Assembly (NCBI GenBank): GCA_965204375.1
Contig: OZ241986.1
Location: 2,816,001-2,880,000, forward strand
Direction: 5' to 3'
DNA: 64,000 nt
Origin: Candidatus Latescibacterota bacterium
GTDB taxonomy: Bacteria > Latescibacterota > UBA2968
The notes under the pieces were generated by a model that worked only from the letters and a program-made list of their open reading frames with translations, was not told the DNA's origin and did not search any database. Below, in pieces: positions 57,472 to 64,000 of the stretch (position 1 is its first letter; the number at the start of each line of letters is the position of its first letter). The translations under genes were made by a program, and so were the position numbers.

Positions 57472-58436
57472 AAATTCTGGTGACAGATTATGCCTGGGCA
57501 AATTTAGACGTCGAAAAAAGTGTCCTAAGTGAAATCGGAGCCGAACTCATTCCCGCACCCGATGGCGAAGAAGAAACACTTGTCCAATTGGCGCAGGGAT
57601 GCTGTGGCATCATGACCTGCTGGGCGCAAACAACGCGCGCGGTTATCGCATCTGCATTGCCCGATCTGAAAGTAATCGTGCGATACGGCGTAGGACTGGA
57701 CAATATCGATGTAGCCTATGCAACCGAACAGGGCATTCCCGTAGCCAATGTGCCCGATTATTGTTTTATCGACGTAGCCGAACAAACCATGGCCCTGCTA
57801 TTGGGACTTTCGCACAAAGTCGCGCAATTTGACCGGCTAATTCGCAACGGCACATGGGATATTCAGGCGGGCTTGCCCCTGCGGCGTTTGACCGGTCAGG
57901 CACTCGGCTTGATCGGCTTTGGACAAATTGCGCGCGAAGTCGTTCCCCGCGCACGGGCTTTTGGGCTACATGTATTGGCCTACTCGCGGTCTTTGACACC
58001 AGAACAAGCGCGCGCCTGTGGCGCCGAATCCACAGACCTGGACACCTTGCTTCGCACATCGGATTTCGTATCGCTCCACTGCCCATCTACCGATGAAACG
58101 CGAAGCCTGATCAATGCCGACAACCTCTCAAAAATGAAGCCAACAGCGTGTTTGATCAACACATCGCGGGGCGATATTATCGATGAAGCCGCACTCCTCG
58201 CGGCATTGAAAAATAACACCCTTGCGGGTGCTGCCCTCGATGTGCGATGCCAAGAACCGCCCGAAACAGGAGATCGTTTAATCCATACAGACCGGGTAAT
58301 TCACAGCCCGCATTCGGCTTTTTATTCGGAAGAATCGCTCGTAGAATTGGAAAAAAAAGCCGCCTGGGAAGCACGGCGAGTCCTGACGGGAAAAGCACCT
58401 GTGCATCTGGTCAATCCGGAATATGAGAATCAGTAA
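57468..58436 (+). CDS. D-isomer-specific 2-hydroxyacid dehydrogenase (CtBP-like)
   Basis: RYGVGLDNID, NVPDY, GFGQI, SLHCP, NTSRG, AALDV, SPHSAFYS. Confidence 0.92.
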   Translation: MKILVTDYAWANLDVEKSVLSEIGAELIPAPDGEEETLVQLAQGCCGIMTCWAQTTRAVIASALPDLKVIVRYGVGLDNIDVAYATEQGIPVANVPDYCFIDVAEQTMALLLGLSHKVAQFDRLIRNGTWDIQAGLPLRRLTGQALGLIGFGQIAREVVPRARAFGLHVLAYSRSLTPEQARACGAESTDLDTLLRTSDFVSLHCPSTDETRSLINADNLSKMKPTACLINTSRGDIIDEAALLAALKNNTLAGAALDVRCQEPPETGDRLIHTDRVIHSPHSAFYSEESLVELEKKAAWEARRVLTGKAPVHLVNPEYENQ

Positions 58437-58452
58437 CCAAAGGAGTATCAGC

Positions 58453-59442
58453 GTGAGCAAACCAAACGTGGGTATTGTGATTCGGAAATCGCTCAGAGAA
58501 AGAATATTGAGCGATTGGGATTTAGAGAAATTGGAAAGTTTTGCAAATGTGACAATCAACGACGAAGACCGCGATATCGTAGATGGTGAAGCGGCTGAAT
58601 TCCTGAAGGGAATGGACGGGGCGATGACGAGTTGGAACTCGGGAGACTTGACGCCTGCGATTCTGGAAGGCGTGCCAACGCTAAAAATTTGGGCTTATGG
58701 CGCGGGCACAGTAAAAGGGAAAATCTGCGATGAAGCGTGGGAAAAAGACATTGTGGTAACAAGTGCCGCACCTGCAATTGCCGACGATGTCGCGGAAATG
58801 ACCATGGGATTCATGACCATGGGATTGCGCCGGGTATTTTCCCATTCGCGCGCCATGCGAGAAGGCGAGAAAAAACCGGACAAGACCGAATCCCGCTCGC
58901 TATATCGGCGCACAGTTGGCGTCATCAGTGCCAGTCAGGTTGGGCAGCGCGTGATGCGGTTATTGCGCCCCTATCAGACGCGCATATTGCTCTACGACCC
59001 CTTTGTAACGCCAGAGCGCGCAGAGGAATTTGGCGCAGAACTCGCGGACCTGGAGACAATAGCGCGCGAGGCAGAAGTCGTAACCGTTCACGCACCCAAA
59101 TTGGACGCGACATATCACCTCTGGAATGAGACGCATTTCAAACTCATGCGCGACGACTGCGTATTTATCAATACATCGCGCGGGGCAAATATCGACGAAG
59201 CCGCGCTAATCGCAGAATTGCAAAAAGGCCGATTCTCCGCCTTTTTAGACGTAACCGATCCCGAACCGCCTGCTATGGACAGCCCACTGCGCCGTTTGCC
59301 CAACGTGGTCTTAACGCCGCATTGCGCCGGGCTACAATCCTATCGCATCGGCGCAATGGTGGTCGAAGAATTGCGCCGATTTTTTGCGAACGAAGACCAA
59401 CAGTTTCAAGTCAAACGAGAAATGCTGGATCGGCTGGCATAG
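58453..59442 (+). CDS. D-isomer-specific 2-hydroxyacid dehydrogenase
   Basis: [32 protein letters not shown] start behind AGGAG. Confidence 0.9.
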   Translation: MSKPNVGIVIRKSLRERILSDWDLEKLESFANVTINDEDRDIVDGEAAEFLKGMDGAMTSWNSGDLTPAILEGVPTLKIWAYGAGTVKGKICDEAWEKDIVVTSAAPAIADDVAEMTMGFMTMGLRRVFSHSRAMREGEKKPDKTESRSLYRRTVGVISASQVGQRVMRLLRPYQTRILLYDPFVTPERAEEFGAELADLETIAREAEVVTVHAPKLDATYHLWNETHFKLMRDDCVFINTSRGANIDEAALIAELQKGRFSAFLDVTDPEPPAMDSPLRRLPNVVLTPHCAGLQSYRIGAMVVEELRRFFANEDQQFQVKREMLDRLA

Positions 59443-59449
59443 GAAGGAT

Positions 59450-59941
59450 ATGATGCAAAAACGCGTAGATTATTTATCCTGGGATGAGTATTTTATGGGC
59501 GTAGCCCTCCTATCGGCTCTCCGCAGCAAAGACCCCAATACACAGGTAGGCGCATGTATTATCAATGAAAAAAAGAAAATCGTGGGCATTGGATACAACG
59601 GATTGCCCATTGGATGTTCGGACGATGAGTTTCCCTGGGACAGAGAAGGCGATTTTCTCGACACAAAATATCCCTATATCTGCCATGCAGAATTAAATGC
59701 AATTTTGAACAAAATCAGTGCAGACTTGCATGAATGCACGCTTTACGTCACCTTATTTCCGTGCAATGAATGTGCAAAAGTAATTATTCAGTCGGGCATT
59801 CGCGAAGTGATCTATCTGGCGAATAAATATCCAAAATCCGATTCCGTAAAAGCCACCTACCGCATGTTTAACAGTGCAGGCATTCGCTATCGCGCACTAA
59901 AGGAATATAGAGAGCGCGTTGTCCTTGATTTCAGAGTCTGA
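59450..59941 (+). CDS. dCMP deaminase
   Basis: SWDEYFM, RSKDP.TQVGACI, GYNG, HAELNAI, PCNECAK. Confidence 0.93.
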   Translation: MMQKRVDYLSWDEYFMGVALLSALRSKDPNTQVGACIINEKKKIVGIGYNGLPIGCSDDEFPWDREGDFLDTKYPYICHAELNAILNKISADLHECTLYVTLFPCNECAKVIIQSGIREVIYLANKYPKSDSVKATYRMFNSAGIRYRALKEYRERVVLDFRV

Positions 59942-59948
59942 GGCGGTC

Positions 59949-60980
59949 ATGGCATCTCCGACACTTCAAAATAGCATGGACACCAAAGCATTGCCAGGCG
60001 CATCCGATTTGAAACGCGCACTCGTGGATGTTTTATATCGCAGGCAGTTTGGTGCATTGCTAATTTTGGGCATTGATTCCCTCAATCGGGTGCCCGGGGA
60101 CAATATGAGACAAGCGCTTAAAGTGCTAAATTCCATTGTTATTCCCGCCCCTGATAGCTTTCGCATAGCAGATGACCAAATCGCCGTACTTTTTGATGCC
60201 GATGGTACGCGTGTTCAGGAAATTCCACCATCTCTGCCCGCTGCGATTGCCGAGCAAATAGGACACCGCGTATCTTGCGGTGGTATTAAAATCTCGAGTG
60301 AGGATTATGGCCTGCAACCCCAAATGTCCGAGATAATCTTTTCCACGACCCAATGCGTACTCGCCCGGGCAAAACGGCACGCGATCCCGCATGTGGTCTG
60401 GCTGACCGAAAAATCCGCAGAGGATACATCATATCTAACGGATATTTCCCTGAACTTCTTTCGAGAAATAGCACGTATCAACGCCGCGCGAGTGCAAAGA
60501 ATGACACTGGAATCGCGCACAGATTTTTTGACAGGCCTTTACAATCGGCGTGGTTTTGAAGCAGTATTTACACGTATGGTGCGCCGCGCAAATCGCAATG
60601 GAAAGCCCCTCGCGCTCTACTACATAGATTCCGATTCACTCAAGACCATCAACGACAGCAAAGGACACAATGCAGGCGACCGATTTATTGCAGATTTGGC
60701 GCAGGTATTGAGCGACATGCTGCGCGGATCCGATTTGTTGTCGCGGTTGGCGGGAGATGAATTTGCTGCGGTGGTTGAAAATACGCCGAGAGCGCGTGCT
60801 TATGCAATCGCCCGCCGTTTGAACCGGGCCGTTGATGAACGCACAGAAGGCACGATATCCATTGGGGTTTATCACGGCGTACCCGAATCAACGGAAGACG
60901 CCCTCAAAAAAGCAGACGCCGCCCTTTACCGCGTAAAAAACCGCGGAAAAAATGATATAGAACTGGCTGACCCTGTTTAG
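59949..60980 (+). CDS. Diguanylate cyclase-domain protein (degenerate GGDEF-like plus AGDEF domain)
   Basis: TDFLTGLYNRR, INDSKGHNAGD, RGSD I-site, RLAGDEF, ADAALYRVK..GKN. Confidence 0.85.
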   Translation: MASPTLQNSMDTKALPGASDLKRALVDVLYRRQFGALLILGIDSLNRVPGDNMRQALKVLNSIVIPAPDSFRIADDQIAVLFDADGTRVQEIPPSLPAAIAEQIGHRVSCGGIKISSEDYGLQPQMSEIIFSTTQCVLARAKRHAIPHVVWLTEKSAEDTSYLTDISLNFFREIARINAARVQRMTLESRTDFLTGLYNRRGFEAVFTRMVRRANRNGKPLALYYIDSDSLKTINDSKGHNAGDRFIADLAQVLSDMLRGSDLLSRLAGDEFAAVVENTPRARAYAIARRLNRAVDERTEGTISIGVYHGVPESTEDALKKADAALYRVKNRGKNDIELADPV

Positions 60981-61052
60981 AAACCCGAAACGGGGTTGCA
61001 TCGTCGTATTTAGTGTCCCCTCATCCGCCCGTTCATATTAAGGAGAAGTACG

Positions 61053-61595
61053 ATGCCAAAAAAGAAACGCTATGGAATGAATAAATACCAGAAAAGAGCA
61101 AAAAAGGTAGGCGAACTTCGGTTGCGACGAGAAGATATTCCGCATTATCTCGCACTGGCGGAGAGCGACGACCCGACAGACCGACACGAAGCCGCTGCCA
61201 ATTTATGTCCGTGTCATGTGCGGCATCCCGTTCCCGAAATACAGACCGCACTATTCAAACTCATGGAAGACCCAGATCCAAACGTGCGCGCCCGCGCCTG
61301 GCACACGCTGGAAGATGGCGGCGTACCCGACGACCCGAGAATGGATGAAATTTTTGAACGCGCCCGTCAAAATGAAACCGATAAGACAGTCCTGAACTTT
61401 ATGCGACAGGTGCAAAACGAAAATTACGCGCACAAAGAACGCACCATGCTCAAAGTCGCCGCCCAATCGGAATACGATCAGACTGGCCGATGCGATTTTT
61501 GCGGAACAACTGGCAGGGTAAAAACAGATTTTGACACCGAAATACCCGACATGGGGCAGATGCGCTTTGCATTGGTATGTGAAGACTGTGGATAA
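61053..61595 (+). CDS. HEAT-repeat protein with a CPCH motif and C-terminal zinc ribbon
   Basis: LCPCHV, MEDPDPNVRARAWHTL, CDFC...VCEDC. AAGGAG RBS. Confidence 0.72.
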   Translation: MPKKKRYGMNKYQKRAKKVGELRLRREDIPHYLALAESDDPTDRHEAAANLCPCHVRHPVPEIQTALFKLMEDPDPNVRARAWHTLEDGGVPDDPRMDEIFERARQNETDKTVLNFMRQVQNENYAHKERTMLKVAAQSEYDQTGRCDFCGTTGRVKTDFDTEIPDMGQMRFALVCEDCG

Positions 61596-61649
61596 GACGT
61601 GAGAGAGCATCCCCTTGACGCGGTGTTGTTCTCTCACTTTCACGTCTTA
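61596..61649. repeat. Intergenic inverted repeat
   Basis: aagacgtgagagag ... ctctcactttcacgtctt. Confidence 0.55.
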
Positions 61650-61678
61650 ATTCTCACCTTTTTGAAAGGATTTTTTTT

Positions 61679-61933
61679 ATGATCGAAGGACCATCAGAAA
61701 TTGAGTATCCGTGTCCATGGAATTTTAAGATCATTGGCCGCGAAGAAGAACACATGCGTCGGGCGATAGCCGAAATTGTGGGCGACAGCGATTATACCCT
61801 GACCTTTTCAAATCAGAGCAGGCATGGGAAGTATCGCAGCTTAAACCTGGATATGGTCGTCCTCAACGAATCCCACCGTCTCAATATCTTTGAGGCACTC
61901 AGACATCATCGCAGTATTCAAATAGTTCTTTAA
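61679..61933 (+). CDS. YbeD/DUF493-family protein
   Basis: IEYPCPW.FKIIG, S..GKYRS, I..VL. Confidence 0.88.
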   Translation: MIEGPSEIEYPCPWNFKIIGREEEHMRRAIAEIVGDSDYTLTFSNQSRHGKYRSLNLDMVVLNESHRLNIFEALRHHRSIQIVL

Positions 61934-62009
61934 ATCCACTTGTTTTCCCTATTTTACCTTGACAATCCACTCTGTTTCTTGCACTTTTTACAGCTTGCAA
62001 TCTTTGCTT

Positions 62010-62026
62010 ATTACGGCTGTCGTAAT
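62010..62026 (+). promoter_or_regulatory. Operator-like palindrome upstream of the second higBA
   Basis: attacg-gctgt-cgtaat, 12 nt before ATG 62039. No SD motif. Confidence 0.6.
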
Positions 62027-62038
62027 GATAGAAACTGT

Positions 62039-62323
62039 ATGATTCAGTCCTTTGCCGACAGGCGCACCGCGAACGTCTTTAGAGGTCTAATAGATGGCTC
62101 TTTTCCGCCTTCGATCCTGAAGCGAGCAGGGAGCAAGTTAGACCGGATCAACTACGCGACAAGCATCAATGACCTCCGGGTGCCACCGGGAAACCGCCTC
62201 GAACGGTTAGTCGGAGACCGCGAAGGGCAGCACAGCATTCGCGTCTCTCGGGGCTGGCGTATATGCTTTGTCTGGCGAGATGGAGACGCATTTGAGGTGG
62301 AATTAAACAACCACTACGATTGA
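62039..62323 (+). CDS. higB: HigB toxin
   Basis: MIQSFAD, DLRVPPGNRLERL.GDREGQHSIRV...WRICFVW..GDA.EVE...H. Confidence 0.92.
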   Translation: MIQSFADRRTANVFRGLIDGSFPPSILKRAGSKLDRINYATSINDLRVPPGNRLERLVGDREGQHSIRVSRGWRICFVWRDGDAFEVELNNHYD

Positions 62324-62332
62324 GGATAAAAA

Positions 62333-62650
62333 ATGGCCCGCGTACCCAGCAATCGAATTGCGACACATCCCGGTGCTTTGCTGCTGGAACAGATAGAGGA
62401 AATGGGACTGTCCGTGAATGGCGTTGCCCGAGACATCAACCTGCCGGCAACCCGTTTGCATGAGATTGTTCATGAACGCCGCGGCGTAAGTGCAGAGACA
62501 GCGATCGCGCTGGGGGTGTATTTTGGGCAGACTCCGGAATTCTGGATGAACGCTCAGAAGACGTATGAGTTATCAAAAGAATGGGTTGAAAACGGTGAGA
62601 AAATTTGCGCGGGAATTCGTCGGCGTGCCAAAGCTCGAGCGGCGATGTAA
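62333..62650 (+). CDS. higA: HigA antitoxin
   Basis: THPG.LL, HTH, A.ALG.YFG.TPEFWMN.Q..YEL. GAGG RBS. Confidence 0.92.
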   Translation: MARVPSNRIATHPGALLLEQIEEMGLSVNGVARDINLPATRLHEIVHERRGVSAETAIALGVYFGQTPEFWMNAQKTYELSKEWVENGEKICAGIRRRAKARAAM

Positions 62651-62774
62651 CGTACAGTCATCGAAAAGCGTTAAGTGGTCCTGATCTGTGTAAGAGAAAA
62701 GAATCAGGAAATAGTGAGCGCAAGTGCTAAAGAACAATCATTTATAATTAACTAAAGCCAAGAGGAAATGTACA

Positions 62775-64000
62775 TTGAACCTACAGATACATCCTCAAAC
62801 GTACCAATATCCGGATCTCATCTCAAAGATTGAGCAGGGTTTTGTGAAGATCCCGGCTTTTCAACGTGATTTCGTGTGGTCTATGGAAAAGACACTGTTT
62901 CTAATCGATTCGATTTCTCGACGTTATCCGATTGGGATGTTTCTCTTTTGGCAATCTTCAGACTATATCAACTCCCTGCGAAATATTGGTAATCTAAACA
63001 TTGAAGATCCACCAAAAGGACATCCAGTACAATACATACTAGATGGTCAACAGCGAATCACGTCGCTGTTTGTAGCTCTCAAAGGTGCCCAGATAAACGG
63101 CTACGCTTATCATATCTGTTTAGATCTGGACTCGACGCCGGAGAACGAAGAGACATTCTTCGCTCGGGAACCCGACGGTAAGCGATTCGTTTTGTTATCG
63201 GATTTGTTAGGTGATAATTACGGAGACTTGTACGCCTCACTTACCCAAGAGCGTCAGAGACGATTTAATGAAGTCCGCGACACGTTTCGCAATTACACGT
63301 TCTCCGTTACCCGTGTCGAGGGCGGAGACCTTGACATTGTTTGTGATCTATTTGATCGTATCAACAACACTGGTACTGAACTATCTGTCTTTGATCTTCT
63401 CGTCGCACGAACTTGGTCACCTCCTGATGAATCAAGAGGGATTAAAGGGTTTGATCTACGGCAATCCTTTGAACATCTCACGGACGACCTCTCCAGAGTA
63501 GGGTTCGACGAAATTCCTGAGCCTGTGATGGCACAATTGGCAGGCGCAATTATCAAGTCGGATTGCTCTCGCAAAGGGATATTGACCATCAGACGTAAGG
63601 AAATGCGAGAAGCCTGGCCAGATCTGGTCAAGAGTATCCGCAGTGCTGTTGACTTCATCCGAAAAAAGATCCGTGTCAAAGCATCACGATTACTGCCGTA
63701 TCCTTCCTTGTTGGTGCCATTCTCTTACTTCTTTTTTAGAAACAAATTTCGAAATCCAAATGGCCGACAGTCAGCTTGGCTGACACGGTATTTCTATGCC
63801 AACGGATTTGCTCAACGGCTTTCTTCGGGTACCCAGTCTAAGCTCACAGAGGATATCCATATCATTGACGATCTGGTCGCTAATCGTCCTCCGACATTCG
63901 CCGTACATTTATCAGTAAGTGCCCAAGACATTCAAGCGACGGAACTTCGGATTGGAAATGCTTACTGTAAAAGTGTGCTGTGCCTTCTGGCTGCAAAACG
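62775..64000 (+). CDS. DUF262 (ParB-like, GmrSD-type) domain protein, truncated by the window edge
   Basis: Frame from TTG 62775: KIPAFQRDFVW, LIDSI...YPIG.FLFW, YILDGQQRITSL, LFDRINNTG..L. Absent from the ORF track, presumably because no stop falls in the window. Confidence 0.85.
   Translation, partial: MNLQIHPQTYQYPDLISKIEQGFVKIPAFQRDFVWSMEKTLFLIDSISRRYPIGMFLFWQSSDYINSLRNIGNLNIEDPPKGHPVQYILDGQQRITSLFVALKGAQINGYAYHICLDLDSTPENEETFFAREPDGKRFVLLSDLLGDNYGDLYASLTQERQRRFNEVRDTFRNYTFSVTRVEGGDLDIVCDLFDRINNTGTELSVFDLLVARTWSPPDESRGIKGFDLRQSFEHLTDDLSRVGFDEIPEPVMAQLAGAIIKSDCSRKGILTIRRKEMREAWPDLVKSIRSAVDFIRKKIRVKASRLLPYPSLLVPFSYFFFRNKFRNPNGRQSAWLTRYFYANGFAQRLSSGTQSKLTEDIHIIDDLVANRPPTFAVHLSVSAQDIQATELRIGNAYCKSVLCLLAAK

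Noticed and set aside
63211-63679. Short ORFs 63211-63501 and 63293-63679
   Set aside because: These are alternative frames inside the DUF262 gene.

Overview
A 64-kb bacterial chromosomal window of moderate GC content, dominated by catabolic genes. It holds 7 Cys-type sulfatases without signal peptides, an arylsulfotransferase, 4 PhyH-like Fe(II)/2OG dioxygenases, several amidohydrolases and oxidoreductases, nagB, pgl, leuB, and two paralogous ~645-aa membrane proteins (DUF6785/DUF6784-like). This gene content resembles marine or sponge-associated Latescibacterota/Poribacteria-like genomes (inference only). Six toxin-first type II toxin-antitoxin modules are interspersed, two with inactivated toxins. 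Also present are an intact IS1182-like element, an IS3 remnant, a MITE, a PD-(D/E)XK nuclease pair and a DUF262 (GmrSD-like) gene running off the right edge. The main signals missed by the ORF track are: (1) an ArsC-family gene with TGA exactly at the catalytic Cys12 position followed by a SECIS-like hairpin (probable selenoprotein); (2) a family of modular intergenic elements with a conserved C-rich core (CCCCGCCC..CCCAAAG) between interchangeable 7-8-nt tandem-repeat arms; (3) an IS inserted into brnT whose stop-less transposase reads in frame into the toxin C-terminus; (4) apparently leaderless toxin mRNAs paired with Shine-Dalgarno-led antitoxins; (5) a PhyH-like enzyme with an H-x-G (halogenase-type) metal motif. 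I recognised no rRNA, tRNA or CRISPR array. All family calls come from motif recognition by eye, not from database searches.
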